Source: an uncultured bacterium (lineage in GTDB: Bacteria; Armatimonadota; Hebobacteria; CAIYQO01). From it: a stretch of 41,305 nt of DNA. Positions within the stretch are counted from its first letter, which is position 1. Each line of letters opens with the position of its first letter. Where the stretch lies: contig CAZNLA010000004.1 in NCBI GenBank assembly GCA_964573385.1, positions 1 through 41,305 on the forward strand, given 5' to 3'. This document shows positions 9,667 through 17,384 of the stretch, one piece after another. Made by a program: the position numbers and the translations under genes. The notes beneath the pieces are model-generated. The model worked only from the letters and a program-made list of their open reading frames with translations. It was not told the origin of the DNA and did no database searches.

Positions 9667-11460
9667 CTACGGTTGACCGAGTTGAGCGGCCAGTTCATTG
9701 GCCTTTTGTTTTATTTTGATTATACGCAGTTCGCGGCCCGCTGCGAGACGGTTGAGACGTTCAAGTTCGTTATTGCGGGCGTAGAGGTTATCAGTATGCT
9801 TTTGCAATAGCATCTCCGTCAGTTTTCGTTCGGAGATATCGCGGATATTGCACTGTATTACCTTCTTCCCATCCACCATATACACATTGCTGACGAACTC
9901 TACCTCGTGTCGATTGCCATCATAACCTTCCAACGCCATGTCTTCGTAACGGATATGTTGCTTCACCTGCAATTCCACAAAGTTAGCCTCGTTGCTGACG
10001 AGATCTTTTAAAAATCCCAACTCCCAGACTTTCTTGCCGAGAAACACCTCGCGCCTCACTCCCAGCAACTCGACCATGTAGGGATTCACATCCACCACCA
10101 TCCCCGTATCAGCATCAAGAATCAAAATGCCGTCATGCGCCGCTTCAAATAGCCGGCGATAGCGTATTTCAGAGGCAGTTATTTTCATCTCAACCTGCTT
10201 GCGTTCAGTTATAACATCAAATACTGCAACGAAATGTTCAGGAGCAGGACAATACACTGACAGCATTAACCACATCTGCAAGGATTCCGTGAAAATTTCT
10301 ATTTGTTCCGACTGTCCGGTCATGGCGACGCGAGTATACAATTCAAATAACTGCGGGTCTGTCTCAATATGGCCAGGAATCACCTCGGAAATCTTTTTCC
10401 CGACAACATCTTTTAATCCAGTCAGTTTAGAAAAGGCTTCATTGACGGCAAGGTAGATAAAATCTCGCGGCTTACCCTCTTCAAATACCATCCGGCAATA
10501 GGCATAACCGTCCAGCATATTTGAAAAGAGCGAATGATACAGTTCTTCGCGTTCTATTAATGCGGCAGCGGCGTGTTTTGACTCGATTTCATCCTTGTTC
10601 AACATTTGTGCCGTCCATAATAACATCCCTAACAGTAGGCTCATCAGGATAATCATCATCAGCGCAGTGCCAAGTGGACCATCAAAATAATCGGCTCGTT
10701 CTCCTGCTATCCGCAACCATCCCAGAATCATTGGCAGTCCGATAATGAACGGTGCCAAATGTCTGAGCAACCAACCACCACGAGTATTGCTGAATGCCAT
10801 TAGAATCAGGTTGTTAATCGGTCGCAACAATAAAATGCCCACACTTAAAACAATAAAGAGCATTGCCGTATGTATCGCCATTTGGGTATATCGGCCTATG
10901 CCGATTAGAGCGGTGGCGCCGTATAAATATCCTAAACACGGTAATAATCCCATCAACCCGGTAAATAACACTAGACGTTGTGCGGTTACGATGCCACGAT
11001 GAGAATCTGCAAATAGCAAAGCACACCCGAATACAAGAAAATTGAGAGCGGTAGTGAAAGCCATTCGTCCAGGGGAGAATGTGCCGACGGTACCCGACGG
11101 TTCATGAAAGAAAAACTGGTCAATACCGAAGTTGAGCCCGAAGCCATATTGGCACAGAGTAAGGAAACCTAATAAAGCAACGGCTATCGCGCCTGCCCGT
11201 GCAAGCCAACGCACCGACGCGGCCGGGGACGACCATGCCATCAACGCCAATGACATCCCCGAAAGGATGAAACCGATGGCGGTATTGGCCTTCATACTTA
11301 CAAACCCTGGCATTACACTTTTGAGTATTTGAATATCAAATATCCAACCGAGTAAAACCATTACACCCATAAACAAGGTGAATATTCCAAATGCCATCCC
11401 TAATTTGGAAAATTTGATGATTTTGTTTTCGCGTTTTCTGTCCACGTCGACATTAATCAT
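9667..11460 (-). CDS. Multi-pass membrane protein with two cytoplasmic PAS domains and a C-terminal coiled coil, with no recognisable output domain
   Basis: 597 aa. About 8 hydrophobic segments by eye in the first 290 aa or so. Two PAS-like blocks (LFSNMLDGYAYCRMVFE..., LFEAAHDGILILDADTGMVVDVNPY...). Ends in NNELERLNRLAAGRELRIIKIKQKANELAAQL. No H-box or ATPase motifs. Confidence 0.75.
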   Translation of the reverse strand: MINVDVDRKRENKIIKFSKLGMAFGIFTLFMGVMVLLGWIFDIQILKSVMPGFVSMKANTAIGFILSGMSLALMAWSSPAASVRWLARAGAIAVALLGFLTLCQYGFGLNFGIDQFFFHEPSGTVGTFSPGRMAFTTALNFLVFGCALLFADSHRGIVTAQRLVLFTGLMGLLPCLGYLYGATALIGIGRYTQMAIHTAMLFIVLSVGILLLRPINNLILMAFSNTRGGWLLRHLAPFIIGLPMILGWLRIAGERADYFDGPLGTALMMIILMSLLLGMLLWTAQMLNKDEIESKHAAAALIEREELYHSLFSNMLDGYAYCRMVFEEGKPRDFIYLAVNEAFSKLTGLKDVVGKKISEVIPGHIETDPQLFELYTRVAMTGQSEQIEIFTESLQMWLMLSVYCPAPEHFVAVFDVITERKQVEMKITASEIRYRRLFEAAHDGILILDADTGMVVDVNPYMVELLGVRREVFLGKKVWELGFLKDLVSNEANFVELQVKQHIRYEDMALEGYDGNRHEVEFVSNVYMVDGKKVIQCNIRDISERKLTEMLLQKHTDNLYARNNELERLNRLAAGRELRIIKIKQKANELAAQLGQP

Positions 11461-11761
11461 AATGAATATTTCCCTTAATTTTTAAAATCAGGACTTCCGC
11501 TTAAGGTCACTTATTCAAACTCATTGACCGGTTAATGAACCTGCCCAAGCGACCCTTTTTATGCTTTTTTCTCTTTAAAAGCGAAAGTTCTGTAAATAAT
11601 ATTTTTTTGATAATTTCACCTTAAAGAGTTTAATTAGTTATCATTAAGTAAATTATACCCAGATTATAAAATTTAAGCTATTTTTTGGCATATTTATTTT
11701 ATTTAGATAAAGTAATTGAATTTATCAGTTATCATATAAATATTTACAAATTACACAAAAA

Positions 11762-11778
11762 TTGATAATATTTATCAA
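11762..11778. promoter_or_regulatory. Fur/Zur-box-like palindrome TTGATAA-TAT-TTATCAA directly upstream of the Fur-family gene start
   Basis: Perfect 7-bp inverted arms with a 3-nt spacer, ending 1 nt before the ATG at 11780. Contains the GATAAT/ATTATC-type hexamers typical of Fur boxes. A second GATAAA-N9-TTTATC lies at 11706-11726. Confidence 0.5.
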
Positions 11779-11779
11779 T

Positions 11780-12229
11780 ATGACAATCAAGCATTATCAG
11801 CATGAACACCATGTAGATGTTGAAGAACTTTTTCGACAACATGGGGTGCATTATACCAGGCCACGAAAAATAGCATGGCAGTTTTTCGCCGGACATCCGC
11901 AGGGGCACAGTATTAATGATGCGGTTCTGGCATTAAAACAGCAGGGAATTGGCCAGGCGACGGTATATCGTACTATTGAATTGTTCCTGCAACTTGGCCT
12001 GCTTAACTCTGTTCACGATGCTACCGGGAATATATTTTATATTGCTGTATGCCCGGGACATTCACACGCAATAATATGCAGCAATTGTCATACTGTCGTT
12101 GAATTTGATGATTGTGATATATCACTGTTGGAGAAATTATTAACAGCAAAAACAGGATTTACCATTCAGGGACATCATTTGGAAATTTTCGGTATTTGCC
12201 CTGACTGCGTATTAAAAATGGAAGGTTAA
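11780..12229 (+). CDS. Fur-family metalloregulator (Fur/Zur/Nur class, metal not assignable)
   Basis: Winged-helix region (GQATVYRTIELF). HSHAIICSNCHTVVEFDDC and GICPDC give the two CxxC pairs of the Fur structural Zn site. Start set at the ATG at 11780 rather than the TTG at 11762. Confidence 0.85.
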   Translation: MTIKHYQHEHHVDVEELFRQHGVHYTRPRKIAWQFFAGHPQGHSINDAVLALKQQGIGQATVYRTIELFLQLGLLNSVHDATGNIFYIAVCPGHSHAIICSNCHTVVEFDDCDISLLEKLLTAKTGFTIQGHHLEIFGICPDCVLKMEG

Positions 12230-12230
12230 A

Positions 12231-13208
12231 ATGATAAATATTATTATGACAGCGTTAAAAGATACTCTGTTGTTAATACCATTTCTGCTGGGTATTTACT
12301 TTTTTATTGCATGGCTTGAATTAAAATATAGCAACACCATTCAGACACATATCCGCAAAGCAGGTAAAGCAGGTCCATTATTGGGGGCATTATTTGGGTG
12401 TATACCCCAATGCGGATTTTCCGTGGTGGGTAGCGCACTATACACCCGTCGATTTATAACCACCGGCACATTAATCGCGGTGTTAATATCAACATCAGAC
12501 GAAGCAGTGCCGGTAATCATGGCTAACCCATCCAGAATCGGGTTAATCGTCCCATTATTATTAACAAAACTTATCATTGCGATATTTGCCGGGTATTTCA
12601 TAGATTCATTTTTTTACAAAAAAGTGAAAGTACATAACACCAAAAATTGCAAATGTCATATCGGACCGACCGGTAAACATATTCATATTCACGCTATTGA
12701 AGAAAAAAAAGTGCCGGAAATTGTTGAAGATGAAAAGAATGAACCTGTTGAAATTGATGCCTGTTGCGGACATCATTTGCCTGCGGTTAATAAAATGCGG
12801 ACATTAATAATCCACCCATTAAAACATACCGGACAGGTGGTAATTGTCCTTTTTCTGATATCTGTTCTTTTAAATTATCTGGTGGGAAATGAAGGCGCAA
12901 ACCTTGGGAAATTTTTACTTAAAGATTCAATATGGCAACCGATTGTTGCTGCTTTTGTAGGGTTAATTCCAAATTGTGGCGCGTCAGTGGCAATCACCGG
13001 GATATACCTGAAAGGTGGCATATCATTTGGCGCGGTAATCGCCGGGTTATCATCCAGTGCCGGACTGGGGTTAATGGTATTGTTAAAAGAAAATAACAAC
13101 ACGAAAGATACCATTCGCATTATTGGTTTATTACTTGCTTTCAGCATTTCCGTTGGGATAATTATTCAATTCTGCGAACCTTATATGCATTTTGCATGGA
13201 TGAGATAA
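12231..13208 (+). CDS. Polytopic membrane permease with duplicated IP(Q/N)CG motifs and a Cys/His-rich loop, resembling the putative 10-TM heavy-metal exporter (ArsP_2-like) family
   Basis: 325 aa. Internal duplication marked by GCIPQCGFSVVGSALY and GLIPNCGASVAITGIY. Central loop NCKCHIGPTGKHIHIHAIEE...DACCGHH. GGAAGG SD. Starts 1 nt after the fur-family stop. Confidence 0.7.
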   Translation: MINIIMTALKDTLLLIPFLLGIYFFIAWLELKYSNTIQTHIRKAGKAGPLLGALFGCIPQCGFSVVGSALYTRRFITTGTLIAVLISTSDEAVPVIMANPSRIGLIVPLLLTKLIIAIFAGYFIDSFFYKKVKVHNTKNCKCHIGPTGKHIHIHAIEEKKVPEIVEDEKNEPVEIDACCGHHLPAVNKMRTLIIHPLKHTGQVVIVLFLISVLLNYLVGNEGANLGKFLLKDSIWQPIVAAFVGLIPNCGASVAITGIYLKGGISFGAVIAGLSSSAGLGLMVLLKENNNTKDTIRIIGLLLAFSISVGIIIQFCEPYMHFAWMR

Positions 13209-13212
13209 TATC

Positions 13213-14058
13213 TCATTCGTGTTCGTGTTCATGTTCGTGCTCATGTTCCGTAATATGGTAATGCGGATGTCGGTGAATGGTATCACCATGACGATGAGCA
13301 TGGGCATGTATCAGATTAACAGACAATAATAAATCTGTGTCATGTAATATTTCATGCGCATCACCATCGGCCTTAAGAGTATGGTCTTCTCCCAAAACCA
13401 ATGCGCGGTCAGCAAGATGCGGCAATAATGTTAAATCATGTGTGGCAGTAATTAATGTAATACCCGCCTCTGCATTTAACTGTTCCAAAATTTCCAACAA
13501 CATCGACTGACTGCGCGGGTCTAGCCCTGCAGTGGGTTCATCCAACAATAATACTGACGGATTAACAACCAATAATGATGCCAGGGCAACACGTTTCTTT
13601 TCGCCACCACTTAAATTCTGCGGGGTACGGTCACGCAGGTGGGTAATCTCCAACAGGCTAAGAATATCATCGATTCGTTGCAGAATATCCGCTTTTGGCA
13701 TTTGTAACTGTAGTGGGGCAAACGCAATCTCTTCTTCAACGGTGGCACAAAACAGTTGCGCGTCAGAATTCTGAAATAAAAAACCGACATTACCACGGAA
13801 TTTTGGCCCAAAAGATGAATGTTCCAGACTATCTTCGGTTAAATGATTATCAAACGCGGTTATACTGCCGGAATCCGGAAAATAAAGACCATCCAATAAA
13901 TGCAGCAAAGTAGATTTGCCACTGCCATTTGCACCCAGCAACGCTAATCTTTCCCCCTGACTTACAGAAAAAGATACACCGTTAACACTCGGTTTTTCAC
14001 CCGGGTATGCAAAAGATATATTATTAATTTCAAAAATTTTATTCATATTTGTATTCAT
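13213..14058 (-). CDS. cbiO: ECF-type Ni/Co transporter ATPase component (CbiO/NikO) with a His-rich C-terminal tail
   Basis: Walker A GANGSGKST. Signature LSGGEKKRV. Walker B LLLDEPTAGLD. H-loop ATHD. Tail HAHAHRHGDTIHRHPHYHITEHEHEHEHEHE. Confidence 0.87.
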   Translation of the reverse strand: MNTNMNKIFEINNISFAYPGEKPSVNGVSFSVSQGERLALLGANGSGKSTLLHLLDGLYFPDSGSITAFDNHLTEDSLEHSSFGPKFRGNVGFLFQNSDAQLFCATVEEEIAFAPLQLQMPKADILQRIDDILSLLEITHLRDRTPQNLSGGEKKRVALASLLVVNPSVLLLDEPTAGLDPRSQSMLLEILEQLNAEAGITLITATHDLTLLPHLADRALVLGEDHTLKADGDAHEILHDTDLLLSVNLIHAHAHRHGDTIHRHPHYHITEHEHEHEHEHE

Positions 14059-14107
14059 CTTTTTATTGTCACCAAGTTTATCTATGTGACCTTTATTAAC
14101 ACTTTCA

Positions 14108-15028
14108 TCACCCTAACACCAGCAATATTACGGAAAAACCAGTGATTATCATCAAAAATCCCCAGTCTGATCTTTGCCACCGCGGTTGGTCTAACAGATA
14201 TATCTCTCCGGTGTATCCACGGGAAACCATGGCCAGATACACCGCGGTACTCATAGATTGAGTACGACGAAATAACGAACCCATGCCAGCCGCGACCCAT
14301 GCCTGTTGTTGCCGCAATGGACCATTAACTATGGAACGGCTAATCTTAGCCAGATGTATTTCCCCGGCAGACCGTATAAAAACAGTTAGATATCGTTGCA
14401 ACATGCCCAGCAACATAATAAATATTTTCGGAATGCCTAATATACGCAAACTGCGAAAAAGACGATTAGGCACTGTTGTAACAGTCAGTAATAATGCCAG
14501 AATGACACAAACCGATATGCGAAGAATAAATCTGATCGCCACATAAATACCTGCATCTGTAATAGTTAACATAGGTGGCAGTTGATAACTCCCAAAATGA
14601 CCGGCAGAGAAATGCCATAAGACAAAAACCGTATTGCCCGGGGTAATTATATTAAGCACGGCAGGCATGATAATTGCCGCGGAAAATAGCGGAACGGCAA
14701 TCCATGCGCGCCATAATCGCTGTGCTGGTATGCGGGAAGAAATGGCCATTAATAAAGATATTACAAAAGCGATAACCAGAGATGAAATATTATGAAGACA
14801 GGTTACAATTATAATCAATAAAAATATCCCGATAATTTTAGCCCGCGGGTCCACCATCTGCAAAAATCCGTTTCTACCGGCAATTTCTTCATTGTTTAAG
14901 ATTTCCGCTAATATCTGCGACAAACCGGCAATCGATTTACGCAATGGATTGCTTTTTCCCGTTCTTTTCACTGGAATATTCAAATCTTCGGATACCCGGT
15001 TAAGCATCCAGGTGGGGATTATCATCAT
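14108..15028 (-). CDS. cbiQ: ECF transporter transmembrane (T) component CbiQ/NikQ
   Basis: Polytopic. Operon position between cbiM and cbiO. The ORF opens at a TTG at 15058. In-frame ATGs at 15028 and 15025 follow AAAGGAAG, so the exact start is uncertain. It overlaps the cbiM/N stop at 15000. Confidence 0.8.
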   Translation of the reverse strand: MMIIPTWMLNRVSEDLNIPVKRTGKSNPLRKSIAGLSQILAEILNNEEIAGRNGFLQMVDPRAKIIGIFLLIIIVTCLHNISSLVIAFVISLLMAISSRIPAQRLWRAWIAVPLFSAAIIMPAVLNIITPGNTVFVLWHFSAGHFGSYQLPPMLTITDAGIYVAIRFILRISVCVILALLLTVTTVPNRLFRSLRILGIPKIFIMLLGMLQRYLTVFIRSAGEIHLAKISRSIVNGPLRQQQAWVAAGMGSLFRRTQSMSTAVYLAMVSRGYTGEIYLLDQPRWQRSDWGFLMIITGFSVILLVLG

Positions 15029-16082
15029 CTTCCTTTTTCGCGAAAATTTGTTTACCAAACATTACAATAAATCCGGATATTATTACCCCTATTGCACCCA
15101 TTAATATATAAATCGACATCAGTTTGGAAAAAGGCGCGTCATTTTGCCCGGGCAGGTTGTAATCCGCAAACGGCGCTTTCCAACCTTTTTCTTCCGCCAT
15201 TTTTATGCCCTGTGGAACATACCCCTCGCCGCCATTTTCTCTGGCAATCTCTTCTTTTATTTCCTTACTCCCCCACTCTCCCCATGCAGTACCGGCGTTA
15301 AACTTCTGTGGCAAATAGATACCCAGTGGAGACAACAACACCAAAATCCCCAGAAATATTGCGATTCGTGGAATTAATAATATTCTCTTTTTATTCAGGG
15401 ATCTATTTATTGATGAATCCAATAAATAAGGCGCGGTTTTTTGGAAATACGCGATTGCCCAACCGGTAACAATGGCTTCTATAAAGCCAAATACTAACAA
15501 ATGTTCAATTGCCATTACAGATACCGCGATTTCTAACCCGAATGGCGAATGTAACGCGCGTCCGGTTGAATCATGCGATAATGCAGGTTGAATGCCGAAT
15601 TGAATACCGGTTGTGACAGCAGCAATAACTAATCCCAAATATCCTGCCACCCCGGCACCGACCCAATGACGTGGTGATTTAACCGGTGATGACCCGGAAA
15701 TTATTTTATATACCCACCATCCAACAAATGGCATCACCACCGCCATGTTAAAACAGTTTGCCCCAATTGCTGTTATACCACCATCACCAAATAGTATCGC
15801 CTGGATAATTAAAGCCAGTGAAACCGCGACCATTGCCGCCCACGGGCCAAGTAGTATTGCCACTAATACCGCACCAACAGCATGTCCGGTGGTGCCACCG
15901 GGTATGGGTACATTGAACATCATTATTACAAAACTGAAAGCCGCCCCCAATGCCAGCATGGGGACCTGTTTCATCTGTAAACTTTTCTTTAACTTTCTTA
16001 TACCTACAGACCACATCATAACCATTATTGCATACAATGGTACATAAGTTTGCGGTCCCAGATATCCGTCAGGAATATGCAT
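15000..16082 (-). CDS. cbiM: Fused CbiM/NikM-CbiN/NikN-like substrate-capture component of the ECF Ni/Co transporter
   Basis: The N-terminus MHIPDGYL is the conserved metal-binding N-terminus of CbiM/NikM. The CbiM core is about 215 aa. It is followed by a 2-TM module with an extracytoplasmic loop (TAWGEWG...) resembling the CbiN/PDGLE-type domain. AAGGA SD. Confidence 0.85.
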   Translation of the reverse strand: MHIPDGYLGPQTYVPLYAIMVMMWSVGIRKLKKSLQMKQVPMLALGAAFSFVIMMFNVPIPGGTTGHAVGAVLVAILLGPWAAMVAVSLALIIQAILFGDGGITAIGANCFNMAVVMPFVGWWVYKIISGSSPVKSPRHWVGAGVAGYLGLVIAAVTTGIQFGIQPALSHDSTGRALHSPFGLEIAVSVMAIEHLLVFGFIEAIVTGWAIAYFQKTAPYLLDSSINRSLNKKRILLIPRIAIFLGILVLLSPLGIYLPQKFNAGTAWGEWGSKEIKEEIARENGGEGYVPQGIKMAEEKGWKAPFADYNLPGQNDAPFSKLMSIYILMGAIGVIISGFIVMFGKQIFAKKEDDDNPHLDA

Positions 16083-16094
16083 GATAGTCCTTCT

Positions 16095-16736
16095 TTATTT
16101 CGTTAATCTACCTGAAAGGCACAGGTGTAGTGTGAATAATGTTTCACCACCATTGTTAGGCAATTGTATACCAGCAAGCACGCCGAATTTATCAGTAATT
16201 TGATAATTCGTACCGATTGATGAATAATTATCATTACCAGATGTGTAATCAGTCATTACACTACATTTGTCATTAATATCATGGTCAATACCGACAAAAT
16301 ATCGCGTTTTCTCATCAATCTCCATTAAACCAACATGTCCGCGCAGAATTTTAAAATCCTTTGTGCCAATAAGATATGGATTCGATTTATTTTTGCTGGT
16401 GAGATTGCATATGCCAATGGCGATTGCCTGTTTTTCATCAGCACTTTTAAGGAAGCAATATTTGGCGTTAAACAAGACGCGCGAATCAACCCCACTGCTA
16501 AAATCGTAATCGATACCTGCTTCGACATTGTCAGTAATGCCATATTCAGTGTTCAGGATGAAGGCATCGGCTTTTAGTTGTGTCATCGAACCATCAGTCT
16601 GAAATTCGATACCGTATTGCTTTGCGCCTACGGTATCTGCAGTCGGAATGAGTACCAATCCGCAGTAACAAGCGAAACTTGGTATCGTTGATGCAATCAT
16701 TACTGCGATTACAGCGATAAACATTGTGATTTTCAT
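16095..16736 (-). CDS. Secreted beta-strand-rich protein, possible small outer-membrane beta-barrel, encoded inside the nik operon
   Basis: Signal-peptide-like N-terminus MKITMFIAVIAVMIASTIPSFA. Alternating hydrophobic/polar strands rich in Y/G/D/N (GIEFQTDG, AGIDYDF, YFVGIDHDI, SSIGTNYQITDKFGVLAGIQL). No family recognised. Confidence 0.6.
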   Translation of the reverse strand: MKITMFIAVIAVMIASTIPSFACYCGLVLIPTADTVGAKQYGIEFQTDGSMTQLKADAFILNTEYGITDNVEAGIDYDFSSGVDSRVLFNAKYCFLKSADEKQAIAIGICNLTSKNKSNPYLIGTKDFKILRGHVGLMEIDEKTRYFVGIDHDINDKCSVMTDYTSGNDNYSSIGTNYQITDKFGVLAGIQLPNNGGETLFTLHLCLSGRLTK

Positions 16737-16760
16737 TGATTTTCTCTTTTGAAATAAATT

Positions 16761-17177
16761 TTATTCGTGATGGCCAGTTGTGGTGCTAACTAATTTACCA
16801 TGTTTTACCCCACGGGTACTGATAAGAGTGTTTGCGATTTCTGTTACTCTGGCACTTTTACCGCGAACGATAATTACTTCCAGACAGTTATGGGCATCCA
16901 TGTGGATATGGGTGCTGCAGATTATACAGTCATGACTGCTATGCTGTAATTCCGCCAATACATGGGATAATTCATGGGTATGGTGTTCATATACTATTGT
17001 TACCGCACCCACAACATCGGCTTCCGGGTCTGCCCATTCTTTGGCGACAAGTTCCTGCCGCACCAAATCACGAATAGCTTCCGACCGCGAGGAATAACCC
17101 CGATTGGTAATTAATTCATCAAACTGTGCCAATAATTCAGGTTCCATAGAAACCCCGAACCGCTCAACATTAGCCAT
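16761..17177 (-). CDS. nikR: Nickel-responsive repressor NikR (ribbon-helix-helix plus C-terminal metal-binding domain)
   Basis: VERFGVSMEPELLAQFDELI..GYSSRSEAIRDLVR is the RHH motif. HHTHELSHVLAELQH...CSTHIHMDAHNCLEV carries the His/Cys ligands typical of NikR. Confidence 0.9.
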   Translation of the reverse strand: MANVERFGVSMEPELLAQFDELITNRGYSSRSEAIRDLVRQELVAKEWADPEADVVGAVTIVYEHHTHELSHVLAELQHSSHDCIICSTHIHMDAHNCLEVIIVRGKSARVTEIANTLISTRGVKHGKLVSTTTGHHE

Positions 17178-17178
17178 A

Positions 17179-17229
17179 CCACACCCTTTAGTGTTACGAT
17201 TTTAAAAATAGTAACACTAAAGGGTGTGG
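17179..17229. promoter_or_regulatory. Candidate NikR operator and 5'-leader hairpin: a perfect 19-bp inverted repeat with core GTGTTAC-N13-GTAACAC
   Basis: CCACACCCTTTAGTGTTAC (17179-17197), a 13-nt AT-rich spacer, then GTAACACTAAAGGGTGTGG (17211-17229). It starts 2 nt upstream of the nikR ATG and covers the likely SD (AAGGG). Confidence 0.6.
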
Positions 17230-17384
17230 ATGTCAATAGAAGGGTGAAGGGGAAAAATTTTATCGGTCCAGACAATTATATTAAAAAAATCCGGCAATAC
17301 CACGGTTGGATATGCCACATTAGTGAATTTTTGAGGTAAGGTTATATACTGGATTGCAGTTACAAAATACAGGCAACCTAATAT

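Noticed and set aside
7136-11460. A kaiA gene or a SasA-type (KaiB-domain-fused) kinase near kaiBC
   Set aside because: No ORF in or around the cluster resembles KaiA. The kinase downstream of kaiB starts with coiled-coil/PAS sequence rather than a KaiB-like domain.
14082-14300. A 72-aa minus-strand ORF overlapping the 3' end of cbiQ, and plus-strand ORFs within the nik genes (14283-14546, 15745-16047 and others)
   Set aside because: They are out of frame with or antisense to well-supported transporter genes, and have no independent signals.
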